DNA of 64,000 bases, from assembly GCF_009914755.1 (NCBI RefSeq), contig NC_060938.1. One strand, written 5' to 3'. The translations under genes and the position numbers were made by a program. Origin of the DNA: the human T2T-CHM13v2.0 reference genome, Homo sapiens. The notes beneath the pieces are model-generated. The model ran no database searches. It was not told where the DNA came from and was given only the letters and a program-made list of their open reading frames with translations. Position 1 is the stretch's first letter. Each line of letters begins with the position of its first letter. Shown here piece by piece: positions 27,790-40,449 of this stretch.

Positions 27790-28020
27790 TTAATGGACCA
27801 CTTATGTACCAGGACTATGCTACAACGTATTTTACATGTATTACGCATCTAACCTTCAACCAATCCTGTGTGATAGGCACTATAATTATCTTCATTTTAA
27901 TGATGAAAAATTGAGTTGCAAAGAAGTTATAAAACTTTCCCAAGGTCACATAGTGGGAAGGAATAGAGCCAAGACAGAAATGTGGACAGCCAATTTCAGC
28001 TTTTATAATCTGAATATACC
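27790..28020 (-). mobile_element. MIR
   Basis: cttcattttaatgatgaaaaattgag...actttcccaaggtcacatag core. Confidence 0.85.
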
Positions 28021-28249
28021 ACATCAATGGAATAACAGTTTGAGATAATATAATATGAATATGTTAATGAAATATTTATCAATCACCTCCTATAATCTTG
28101 TTATTGTGCTAGGCACTGGCAATACAAATAAAATATCTGTTCTTAAAAAGTATGCATTCATGTGAAAGGAAGGCAATAAAATAAAAGTTAAAAAATATGC
28201 ATTCTACCTAACATATATAAATAGGCAATGATATTAAAATATAGTAACT

Positions 28250-28460
28250 AATAATAGCTAACATTTATACAGCCTTTACTACTCAAAGTGCCTCACTTAC
28301 ATTTATTTAATGCTCATAACATTTCTATGTCAGAAGAACTATTCTAATACCATCTTTGCACTTCAGGAAACTAAGACCCAGTGACATTCGGTGACCTGAC
28401 TATGGTCGCAGTTGGTAAATAGTGGAGACTTGTTAGAAACCAAGGCAAACTGGATGTGAA
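28250..28460 (-). mobile_element. MIR
   Basis: aatagctaacatttat...caggaaactaagacccag...gtgacctgactatggtcgcagttggtaaatagtggag. Confidence 0.8.
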
Positions 28461-28488
28461 GTCATTGTGATAAGGAGGGACCAGTTCT

Positions 28489-28823
28489 TTCTTTCTTTCT
28501 TTTTTATTTTTTATTTTATTTATTTATATATTTTTTGAGACAGAGTCTTGCTCTGTCGCCCAGGCCGGAGTGCAGTGCTGCGATCTCGGCCACTCCCGGG
28601 ATCTCGCCGCCTCCCGGGTTCACCCCATTCTCCTGCCTCAGCCTCCTGAGTAGCTGGGACTACAGGCGCCTGCCACCACGCCCGGCTAATTTTTTTGTGT
28701 TTTTTAGTAGAGACGGGGTTTCACCGTGTTAGCCAGGATGGTCTCGATCTCTTGACCTCGTGATCTGCCCACCTCAGCCTCCCAAAATGCTGGGATTACA
28801 GGCGTGAGCCACTGTGCCCGGCC
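28489..28823 (-). mobile_element. Alu (AluY-like)
   Basis: Perfect 17-bp TSD aaggagggaccagttct (28472-28488, 28824-28840); CpG-rich. Confidence 0.97.
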
Positions 28824-28844
28824 AAGGAGGGACCAGTTCTATGA

Positions 28845-31800
28845 CAGCATCCTCAAATAGAGAAACAAAAACAGTCTTAAAATCAAGAAGTTGCCTTCAG
28901 CTTGGAGAGGAAGAAAACTGTAAAGAGTTTGGCTTGCAGCCTAATAATAATAAAAGAAGGAAAACAGAAGAGAGAAGGAAGGAGGAGAGAGAAGAGGAGG
29001 GAAAAGGAGGAGGAAGAAGAGTAGAAGGAAGACAAACTCCTAGTGCACAACTTTCTCAAACCCATCACAGAGTTCTGGGGTCATAAAATAATTAACTAGC
29101 CCCAAATCTAAGGAGATACAAGATCCTACAGGGAGAAACTAGACATAAGCACTGAGTTACCTATGAAAGACACAGCCAGAAACCAGTGACAGGAGCTCAG
29201 GTAAAGTGATTAGCAAATCGGTGGAGGGCAACCAACTGTGAAATGAAAGAGATGGAGGAGATCCTGGTGATGGCAAATATGGGTGATGGGATTTCTTTTC
29301 CATGGCCTCTTCCAGCTTCCATGAACCCTACCACAAATAATAACAACAGTAATATCCACATATAAGCTAACAAAATAAATAAATACATGAATTAAATATT
29401 ATATGATTATACATTATCAACATATTATTAATATATTATGTTATATGTATGAGTCTATGAAGACAAGAGCATACTGAGAAAGTCTCTTTTCAAACGCAGT
29501 GTTTGATGAGGGGAACAGCTTCTGTGAAGGGACTAGGGAGAGTGTCAAGAAGCTTCATTTGGGATTAGTCACCACTATCTCCACTCTCTCTTGTGGAACA
29601 AAAGCCTTAATCTATGGAGGTAAGGGCCACAAATACTTTTACCTTTTAGGACATGAATGAAATCCCATTGCAGCTGATGAGAAGGTACAAAAACCAAAAT
29701 TTGTGTTCCATTGTGGGCTAAGAACTATGGCAGGGGTGTGGCAGGAGTATTGAGAATGCCAACCCTCAAAACCAGGGAATATGGTTCCTGCTTACAACAG
29801 GGACATGATAAAAACAACAGAGAATACACTGTCGAAACCCACACTCATCTTCAAGCTGAAAATCACCTAGCACAAAATACCTTGCCAGAGATCTCTCTGG
29901 TATGTAGCACAAAGAAAGATCTCAAGCTAACAGTATAGCAGACACTTGGGGAAAAAAAATTAGACAAATCAGATCCTACCATACCTGGTATAGCTAAATG
30001 AATTTAAAACATGTCGTATAATGACGGTAAACATAGTTAACAACTTCAACTCCCAATTAGATTAACTCTAACCTCTCACACTAAAGGCCTAGCAGAAGAT
30101 AAAGTGTGCCCATTTCCAGTGATAAAAATTGTTTGCCTCAGTCTCTGCCATGCTATACAAGATGCTCATCTTTCAACAAAAAAATGGCAAAGCACTCAAA
30201 AACAATCTCAAGAGATGAAACAATTATCAAAACTAGACTCAGATATGGCAAACATATTAGAACTAATTTATAGGGAATTTTAAATAACTATGATTAATAT
30301 GTTGAAGGTTTTAAAGGGAATGTGGACAACATGAAAGATCATATAGACAATTTCAGCAGACAGAAGCAAACTAGTAAAAATAAATGATAAGACAATAAAT
30401 GAAAATCATAATAACAGAGATCAGAGTTGAAGGATACATTTGAAGACATCATTTGACTCAGCAGAGGAAAGTCAATGAAATTAAGTCTGTAGAAATTATA
30501 TGAACAGAAACATATTGAGAGAGAGAGAAAAAGAGAGGTGGAGGAAGTAGATCCAAAGCTTCTGGGACAATATCAAATGATGTCTCATTTGATGAGGGAA
30601 AAAATAGGGAAGATTAAATACTTGAAGAAACGATGAGAATTTTCCAAAAATAATGACAAATCCAAATATAGATGTGTCGTTATGCAAACATAATTCCCAA
30701 AACACAGAAAGCCAAAAAAGGATTTAAACTTATCTCGGAATACTATACTCAAACCAAAATTAAAAAAAAAAAAGAACAGGAAACAAACAAACAAACAAAC
30801 AAAAAACAAACAAAAAAAAACACCACCACACACAAAAAAACCTTAAAGGCACTCAAGATTAAAAAATAAATAAATAAATAAATAAATAAATAAGACACAC
30901 TACATTGAAGAAACAAAGAATTACCATAGAATTATCTTTTCTGTTTTGTTTTGTTTTGTTTTGTTTTTCTTGAGACAGAGTCTTGCTCTGCTGCCCAAGC
31001 TGTAGTGCAGTGGCGCAATCTCAGTTCACCACAACCTCTGCCTCCTGGGCTGAAGGGATTCTCCTGCCTCAGCCTCAGAAATAGCTGAGATTACAGGCGT
31101 GCACCACCACGCCTGGCTTATTTTGCATTTTTAGTAGAGACAGGGTTTTACCATGTTGGTCAGGCTGGTCTCAAACTACAGATCTCAGGTGTTCCACCCA
31201 CCTCGGTCTCCCAAAGTGCTGGGATTATAGGCATGAGCCATTGCACCCAGCCTAGAACTATATTTAGCAAACACATTCTACAAAAGAAGATATACTGATG
31301 ACATATACACCTATGAAGAACTACATATCATTAGACATTGTGTACATGGAATGAAAAGCCACACTTATTGGAATGAATAGGAAATAAACAATTCCAAGTG
31401 CTAGAGAAGATGTGGTCCAACTAGAGTTGTTATACATTGCTCATGAGAATGCAAAATGGGACGGCCCCTCTAAAACACAGCTTGTCTGTTTCTTTAAACA
31501 CACATTTACCATAGTATCTAAGAATTTTACTTAAAGACATTTACACAGTAAAGTCAATACATATATTCACATAAAAAGTTGTACACATTTGTGTGACCAC
31601 TTTATTGATTATTGCCAACAAACAGAAACAACCTAGATTTCATTCATGGTGGGGGTGGGGGGTGGGTAAATGGATAAACAAACCATGTTATGTCCATGCA
31701 ATGGAATACCACTTATTAATAAAAAAGAACAGACTATTGTTTAATATGACAACATAAATGACTCTTAAATGCATTTTGCTGAGTGAAATGACTCAAGCAT

Positions 31801-32260
31801 AAAGGGTATGTATTATGTGATTCCACCTGTGTGGCATTCTGGAAAAGCAAAAATATAAGAATGGAAATCAAATCAAAGGTTGTGTTGCAGGGGTATAGAG
31901 TGGAGGAGGGGTTTTCTACAAAGAGTTAGCATGGGGAAAACTTTGGATTTCTGGAACTGTTTTGTATATTACTGTGGTGGCCTATACATGACTCTAACAT
32001 ATGTCAAATCTCTGAGAATTGAATACCATGAGTTTTATGGTATTGAGATTTTTAAAAATCAGCAAGGATGTTAGGGGAATGCAAGAGAGAATGTGGATTA
32101 GGACAAAACAATCTACTTGTATTACAAATGAATTAAGAACCATAATGAAGAAGCTGTGTGGGAGAATAGAGCTGAACTGATTAACTTTGGAACACATTTG
32201 TTTTGCGTGGATTCTTCAAGGCTAAAGACAAAAAGAAATGTAAATAAACATTCTATTTGC
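28845..32260 (+). mobile_element. Old L1 (L1MC/MD) 5' region and ORF1 joined by deletion to its 3' end; contains an Alu and simple repeats
   Basis: ORF1-type text (gaattttaaataactatgattaatatg, cttctgggacaatatcaa, gagaattttccaaaa), then from ~31270 the ORF2 end/3'UTR (caaaagaagatatac, gtccatgcaatggaatacc, ctttggaacac). Confidence 0.75.
30940..31252 (-). mobile_element. Alu (AluS)
   Basis: (TTTTG)n tail; TSD tagaa(t/c)tat(c/a)ttt. Confidence 0.95.
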
Positions 32261-32919
32261 TTTTTCCCCTCAAAGACTTGTATGCATAAATAATTTTGAA
32301 GGTACTTGAATAACAACCACAAAGTGATAGGGAATAGAGGGTTTGAGAGTGTGGGTTTTGTTGGATTTTGTTTGTCTATTAGTTTTAAAATGGTGGGTCA
32401 TGTCCTTTTTTAGAGAACCAGTACAGAAGAGGTCTCAGATAGGAAAAGAGGGGAACTGAGAGCTAAGGAGTTCCAGAGGGGTGAAGGGAAAACAAGCAAG
32501 AAATTTAGTTCCAGGGTTGGTCTTGAACAGATATAGAAGCTTGTCATACTCTAAAGCTGTGACACATTGAAGGTAAGTATGAGAGAGAAGGCAAAATGCT
32601 TCAAGAGGCAAAAACCAGGAAGTTCATGCTTACTGATCTCAATTCACTGAATAAAATAGTGAAGAAATATTTCTGAGAATGAAGAGAGTGATGAACTAGG
32701 AGCAGTCCAGTATAGCACAATCTTCATTGAAAAAAAATATGTATATATATCCCATGAGAGACGACTATAATAGTCTTCTCTTGAATATCTGGAAAAGTGA
32801 ATGCATTTAATTTTAATATCTTTGAAAGTATTTACCCACTACAGCAAAAACCAAGACCTTTTTATTGTTTAACAGAAACAAAAATTTAATCTATTCAGTG
32901 ACTTGTCTTGCTTGACATT

Positions 32920-33140
32920 TTTAACACAAGTGTTTAAATGGGCTTTGAATTTTAAAAGCAAAGAAGCAACACTGGAATGTGTATGCCTGCCATGCTGGGG
33001 AACATGAAATAAAACAGGGCATCAGCTAAGTCTGAATATCCATGAAGTCAAATTATGTTTTTCTTAAGTAAATATTTTAATCCTGAATACTCAGCATTTG
33101 CAAATGGTGAATTTCTTAAAGAGAATCCAAAGGGTTCATT
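32920..33140 (+). repeat. Source copy of ~220 bp local duplication (second copy 34864-35085)
   Basis: Direct alignment by eye, about 28 differences in ~214 nt. Confidence 0.95.
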
Positions 33141-34742
33141 TGTTAAAAAACAAAAACAAAAACAGAACCTTAGTGTACCAATGCTGAACAGCTAACTTCA
33201 CCCAAGGTTCCCAAAAACTACCTATTTTAAAATGGAAAGGAATAGTATAGTTACATGCATATAACACAAGTACCCCAAATTTGGAAAGAGATAGTACCCT
33301 CTTAAAACAACAACAGCAACAAAACAGAAACTCCCATGACAGCAATCTAAATCTGTTGGCCACCCAATGCAGTACAAAACACTAATAGGATGTCAGCAAA
33401 ATTTCATCCTCCTTCCTCCATTAGTTAATTAATAACCAGTTGATATCCCTATCACGGAAGCATCTCCCAGCCAATTTTGGTAGAATTCTCCATGGACAGC
33501 AGTGTTAAATGATTGGAACTATTGTAGGGGTGAGTTCTGCTAAACAGCTTGCTCAAGTTTATGTAACACAAAAGTAGAATTCAAAGAGCATTTTAATTTC
33601 CTTTTATTTTCTGGTCAATGTTAAGCCTATTTTATACGAAAATATTTTATTAAGCCCAATTACAGAGCAGAGAATTCCACTATATTTAGATTATATTTTA
33701 ATTTTATATAACACTATAAACTGCAATAATAATAGTTTACTTATCAATTACGCATCAGTGGCTAAATTAATTATTCTTCAGAAATACTCATTTACTTTCA
33801 TGAATCTAGATCTCTTTAAATAAAATTGAGGCAAATTTTCTATTTTACAAAATACTAAAAATTAATATCACTCAATCCGTCTTTCCAAGAATTTCTTATT
33901 TTTAAGTGTTGCATTCTCAACATACATGATTAAATTAACATCTTTAAGGATTTAAGATAATTTGTATACGAACAATTACTGGCTTGGAATTGTTAATATG
34001 ACATAATTTTGATACAATGTCTAAATAACATTTCGCTCAATTAATTGTAAAGAACAATAGCTCAATATTTTAGATACATGCTCGTATTTTCAAGGACTGA
34101 CAGACATATAAAGCAATCAGTTGGCTGTTTTCCCAACATACATGCAAATATTATCCCAATCTATTTCTGAATAGTTTTCAACACAAAATTATGTTCGTTC
34201 CCTAGATACTAAATGATTTTTTAAAAAGAAAGTCAAATTAAAAAGGCCATACCATCTCATCTCTCTTTTCGTCCAACAGCCAGATGATGATCTGACTCCT
34301 TCCAAAGATGGAGTCTAACCTCTGAATTCCTGCCATTTTGGAGTGAATTTATATTATCAGTTGTGCTCTGCCACAGCACACACACTGCAACGTCTGGTTA
34401 CATGGTGCCTAGCAAGTCTAGCCATGCTCCAATGAATCTGGTTGGTCTCAAGAGCTCCCACTGATCTGGTACTCTATGCTACCAACCAAATCTAAACTGA
34501 CAAGTGTTTTTTGTTCTCCTCAGCTTAAGTCGTGGGAAAATTCTTTAGTTATCTAAGTGAAACCAAATAAACCAAATGTTAATGAATTATAAGATTGCAT
34601 CAGGATCTTAACACTCATGGAAAATGATAAAGAAATAACTTAGCAACTAGGGTTTCAGTTATTCAGCCACTGTGGAAGGATAAAGACAATTATTTTGGAA
34701 AAGCACAAGAAGTTACAAACTATTGTCTAAAGATACCTTTGA

Positions 34743-35139
34743 TTAGCCAGGCGTGGTGTTGCATGCATGTCATTCTACTTACTTGGGATACTAAGGTAGG
34801 AGGATCCTTTGAGCCCAAGAGCTCTAGGCTGCAATGAGCCCTAATTGTACCAATGTACTCCACTTTAATGGAAGTGTTTAAATGGGCTTTGAGTTTCAAG
34901 AAGAAAGAAGAAACACTGGAATGCTTAAGTCTGCCATACTTGGGGAAGATTAAATAAAACAAGGAATTAGTTAAGTCTGCGTATCCATGATGTCAAGTTA
35001 TGCTTTTCTGAAGTAAATATTTTAATCATGAATACTCAGCATTTTCAAATGGTGAATTTCTTAAAGAAAACCCAAAGGGTTCATTAGAACCCTCCAAAGA
35101 ACAAGACCTCATCTCAAAAAAAAAAAAAAAACTAAAAAA
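34743..35139 (+). mobile_element. Old Alu right arm/FRAM-like monomer interrupted by an insertion
   Basis: ttagccaggcgtgg...aggatcctttgagcccaagag...actcca | insert | caagacctcatctc(A)n; TSD taaaga(ta/ag)cctttga. Confidence 0.9.
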
Positions 35140-35308
35140 TAAAGAAGCCTTTGAGATTTCTTGCTGGTAGTGCTTCAAAAATTACCTAATAGCTTGTAAT
35201 TATTTGTAAAGCTGAAACCAAAATTTACTAAAATAAACGCTTCTTAAGATTTTCCATCAAATATCAAAAGTGATAATTATTCCTAATGGTTAAAAAATAT
35301 AAAATTTT

Positions 35309-38300
35309 GCACGTTGAACTAACTAACATTGTATCCTGGGGATGAAGCCAACTTGATCGTGGTGGATCAACTTTTTGATGTGCTACTGGATTCAGTTTGC
35401 CAGTATTTTATTGAGGATTTTTGCATTGATGTTTATCAGGGATATTGGCCTGAAGTTTTCTTCTTTTGTTGTATCTCTGCCAGGTTTTTGTATCAGGATG
35501 ATGCTGACTTAGTAAAATGAGTTAGGAAGGGCTCCCTCCTTTTCAATTGCTTGGAATAGTTTCAGAAGAAATGGTACTGGTTCCTCTTTTACTTCTGGTA
35601 AAATTTAGTTGTAAATCCATCTGGTCCTGGGCTTTTTTTGGTTGGTAGGCTATATATTACTGCCTAAATTTCAGAACTTGTTATTGGTCTATTCAGGGAT
35701 TGAATTTCTTCTCAGTTCATTCTTCAGAGGATGAATGTACCCAGGAATTTACACATTTATTCTAGATTTCCTAGTTTATGTATATAGACCTGTTAATATA
35801 TTCTCTGAAGGTTGTTTGTATTTCTGTGGAGTCAGTCGTTATACTCCCCTTATCTTTTCTGATTGTGTCTATTTGGTTCTTCTCTCTTTTTTTCTTTACT
35901 AGTCTAGCTAGTGGTCTATGTAATTTAGTAATTTTTTTTTCAAAAAACCAGCTCCTTGATTCATTGATTTTTTGTTTTTTTCATTTATCTATCTCCTTTA
36001 GGTGCACTCTGATCTTGGTTATTTCTTGCCTTCTGCTAGCTTTGGGGTTTGTTTGCTTTTGGTTCTCTAGTAATCTTTTAGCCGTGATGTCAGGCTATTG
36101 ATTTGAAATCTTTCTAGCTTTTTGATGTGAGCATTTGATGCTATAAATTTCCCTCTTAACACTACTTTAGCTGTGTCCCAGAGATTCTGATACATTGTCT
36201 CTTTGTTTGAGTTAGTTTCAAATAACGTCTTTGTTTCTGTCTTAATTTTATTATTTACCCAGGAGTCGGTCAGGAGCAGGTTGTTCAATTTCCAAGTACT
36301 GGTGTGGTTTTGAGTGAGTTTTTAAATCTTCAGTTCTAATTTGACTGTGCTGTCGTCTGAGAGACTGTTGTGATTTCAGTTCTTTTGCATTTGCTGAGGA
36401 GTGTTTTGCTTCCAATTATGTGATCCGTTTTAGAGTAAGTACCATGTGGTGATGAGAAGAATGTATATTATATTTTTGGGTGGAGACTTCTGTATCTATC
36501 AGGTCCGCTTGAGCCAGAGCTCAATTTATTCAACATATGCAAATCAGTAAATGTAAATTCATCACATAAACAGAACTAAAGAAAAAAAATCACATTATTA
36601 TCTCAATAGACAGACAAAATGCATTTGATAAAATTCAACATCTCTTTATGTTAAAAACTCTCAATAAACTAGGTACTAGGTATTAATGAAACATACCTCA
36701 AAATAATAAGAGCCATGTATAACAAACCCACAGCCAATATCACACTGAATGGGCAAAAGCTGGAAACATTCCCCTCGAAAACCAGCACAAGACAGGGATG
36801 CCCTCTTTCACCATTCTTATTCAACACAGTATTGGATGTTCTGGCCAGGGCAATCCGGCAACAGAAGAAAATAAAGGTATTCAAATAGGAAGAGAGGAAG
36901 TCAAATTTGTTTGCAGATTATATGATCCCATATCTAGAAAACCCCATCGTCTCAGCCCAGAACCTTCTTAAGCTGATAAGCAACTTCAGCAAAGTGTCAG
37001 GATGCAAAATCAATGTGCAAAAAGTGCTAGCATTTTTATACACCAAAAACAGGCAAGCAGAGAACCAAATCACAAATGAACTCCAATTCACAATTTTTAC
37101 AGAGAGAATAAAATACCTAGGAATACAGCTAACAAGGCAAGTGAAGGACCTCTTCAAGGAGAACTACAAACCACTGCTCCAAGAAATTAGAGAGGGCACA
37201 AACAAATGGACAAACATCCCATGCTCATGAATAGGGAGAATCAATATCATGAAAATGGCCATTCTGCCCAAAGTAATTTATGGGTTCAATGCTATTCCCA
37301 CTAAACTACCATTGACATTCTTTACAGAATTAGAAGAAACTGTTTTAAAATCCATGTGTAACCAAAAAGAGTTTGAATAGCCAAGACAATCCTAAGCAAA
37401 AAGAACAAAGCTGGAGCCATCATCCTACCTGACTTCAAACTATACTACAAGGTTACAATAACCAAAACAGCATGATACTGGTTCAAAAACAGACACATAG
37501 ACAAATGGAATAGAATAGAGAACTTAGAAATAAGACTGCAAACCTACAACCATTTGATATTCAACAAACTTGACAAAAACAAGCAATGGGGAAAGGATTC
37601 CCTATTTAATAAATGGTGCTGGGAAAACTGGCTAGCCATATGCAGAAAATTGAAACTGGACCCCTTTCTTATATCTTAGACAAAAATCCACTAAAGATGG
37701 ATTAAAGACTTAAATGTAAAACCCAAAACTATAAAAATCCCAGAAAAAATCTAGGCAATATCATTCAGGACATAGGCACGAGCAAAGATTTCATGACAAA
37801 AATGCCAAAAACAATAGCAACAAATGCAAAAATTGACAAATTAGAACTAATTAAACTAAAGAGCTTCTGCACACCAAAAAAGAAACTGCCATCAGAGTGA
37901 ACAGACAATCTGTGGAATGGGAGAAAATTTTTGCAATCTATCCATCTGACAAAGGTCTAATATTCAGAATCTATAAGAAACTTAAAAAAACTTAAAAGAA
38001 AAATAAAACCTTTAAAAAGTGGGCAAAAGACATGAACAGACACTTCTCAAAACAAGTCGTTCATGCAGCCAACAAACAAATGAAAAAAAGCTCAACATCA
38101 CTGATCATTAGAGAAATGCAAATCAAAACCGCAGTGAGATACCATCTCACACCAGTCAGAATGGTAATTATTAAAAGGTCAAAAAATAACAGATACTGGC
38201 AAGGTTGCAGAGAAAAAGAAACATTTTACACTGTTGGTGGGAGGGTAAATTAGTTCAACCATTGTGGAGGATCAAAGAGCTAAAGACAGTAATACCATTC

Positions 38301-38850
38301 CACACAACAATCCAAGTTGTGTGGAATTGAGTATATGTCCAAAGGAATATAAATCATTCTATTATAAAGATACTTGCACATGTGTGTTCATTGCAGCACT
38401 ATTCACAATAGCAAAAAATTATGGAATCAACCCAAATACCCATCAATGATAGACTGAATAAAGAAAATGTGGTACATATACACCTATGCAGCCATAAAAA
38501 GGAACAAGATTATGTCCTTTGTTGGGACACGGTTATAGCTGGAAGCCATTATTTTCAGCAAACTAACACAAGAACAGAAAACAAAGCACTGCATATTCTC
38601 ACTTATAAGTGGAAGCTGATCGATGGGACCACATGGGAACACTGGGGGGAACAACACTGACTAGGGCCTATCTCAGTGGGAGCGGGTGGGAGGAAGAGCA
38701 TCAGGAAGAATAGCTAATTGATGCTGGGTTTAATACCTAGGTAATGGGTGGATTTGTGCAGCAAACCATTGTGGCACATGTTTACCTATATAACAAACCT
38801 GCACATCCTGCACAATTACCCCAGAATTTAAAAGTTAAAGGAAAAAAAAT
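35309..38850. mobile_element. L1PA (about L1PA13-15 age) with 5' inversion: 35309-36521 minus, 36529-38850 plus
   Basis: ORF2 RT peptide ([20 protein letters not shown]) on plus, EN/Z-region peptide on minus, 3'UTR and A-tail. Confidence 0.95.
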
Positions 38851-40409
38851 TTTTTTAAATTCAAGGTTTTTACATAGTTGTGATTATGTGATCATATTAT
38901 TTGAGGCTATATATCCTAAAGTGTAGCAGCAATTGTCAAATGGAGAAATGGAGAAAAAATTACTGGCTCGCATATATGTTTCCCATATATTTCCCATGTG
39001 GTTCACATATATTTCCCAGTGCAAAATTTTGTGGTACAGAGAAGTTTGTTTGAGGTAATGTACCTCTTTGGAAAAAAATGGCTGTCTATGTTGTAAAAGA
39101 TAGTATGGAGATTTGTTTCTATTGAACTGAAATTCAAGGTGTCAACCATAATATATAGAACATGCATCTCAAGGTCTAATTCATGTGATCAAAATCAACT
39201 GAATCTGTGTAAGACACAAAGGAACTCATACGAAATTATGATTTCATAAAATCTATATGAGTAAGATCAGGATGAAAACTTTTACAGGGCAAAATCCTAT
39301 GTAAATGGCAACTTCAGAGGTTTTGCTCTCCGGGCTATAAAAGTCAATCTTTGTGGCTTTTTAAATGTGTTTAACCTCATTTTGAAAATAAAAATAACAC
39401 TTGGCATCTTGTTCTACACCATGGCAATAATATCTGTGAAGATTAAGAACATAAACATCTATTTAATTGAATTCTCAATTTATTTGTTGTTAATTATTGT
39501 TATTTTCTCTACAAATTTCAGTAAGTGGCTATAGACAATAGAAATTTTCAGGATGAAATGAGTATATCTGTTTCATAACCTTATATTTTTGCATTTGTTT
39601 TTAGTACTTGTGAACACTAGTTTAGCATGGACTGCATGTGATATGGCTGTGATCATAGCCTACGAAGGAAAAAAAGGCATAAAATCAATACTTCAGAGAA
39701 GGGAGGAGAAAAAGTGAAAAGATATTTTGACCTCTATAAGAGATGGTAAAAGCATGCAAATAAAGAACAACATATGTTGTAAAAGAATAGCCTCATAGAG
39801 ATCTGAGAATGTGGATAAGACAAAAAAATACACATCTCAAACATTTAGCATATTAACGTAAAATAGAGGTATAGACTCAGTGCTTTATGCTGGACTAGTT
39901 ATGTATGATCATGTGTACATTTTCATCAATTTGTGAGACCAAGTTCTTTCTCACAATAGGATACTTCAATGGCATTTTGATACATCATGTCTCTTCAATC
40001 TGCAAGCCTGTACTAGGCCTTATTCTCATAGTTGATTTTTCCTTGATCAGCATAGTTTTTGCACTTAATAGATTGTTTCTTACAACTGTTGTATGCCATG
40101 AATAACAGTTTACATTATTTTATAATTTTTCACCAAGACCCTTTTTAACCTGCCTTATTACAGAATCCACAGTACTGAGGAACTTATCTTGAGAAATCAA
40201 AATAGAAAAAAAGGAAATTAAAAAATTATTTTAGAAGTGAGAGTGTTGACAGAAGACTGATGTAACATCTCTCATGATGTTTCTTTCTTTGTAATTGAAC
40301 AAATATCATTGTCCTACATTTTGAACATAGGAAAATAAAATTCCAGATTATTACTATCTTTTATTTAAAAAATAATATCCCATGGGTCATTAAGAAATTG
40401 AGAAAAGTT

Positions 40410-40449
40410 AAGCAGTCAGGATGGCCGAGTGGTCTAGGCGCTGCGTTCA
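40410..40449 (+). pseudogene. Tailless 5'-half tRNA-Leu(CAG) retropseudogene
   Basis: gtcaggatggccgagtggtctaggcgctgcgttca matches tRNA-Leu(CAG) 5' half with one substitution and one deletion; flanked by 18-bp TSD aagaaattgagaaa(a/g)gtt. Confidence 0.92.

Noticed and set aside
31648-31666. G-quadruplex candidate ggtgggggtggggggtggg
   Set aside because: Only three separable G3+ tracts; a small expansion inside an old L1.
40415-40449. Functional tRNA gene
   Set aside because: Only the 5' half is present; no T arm, B box or terminator.
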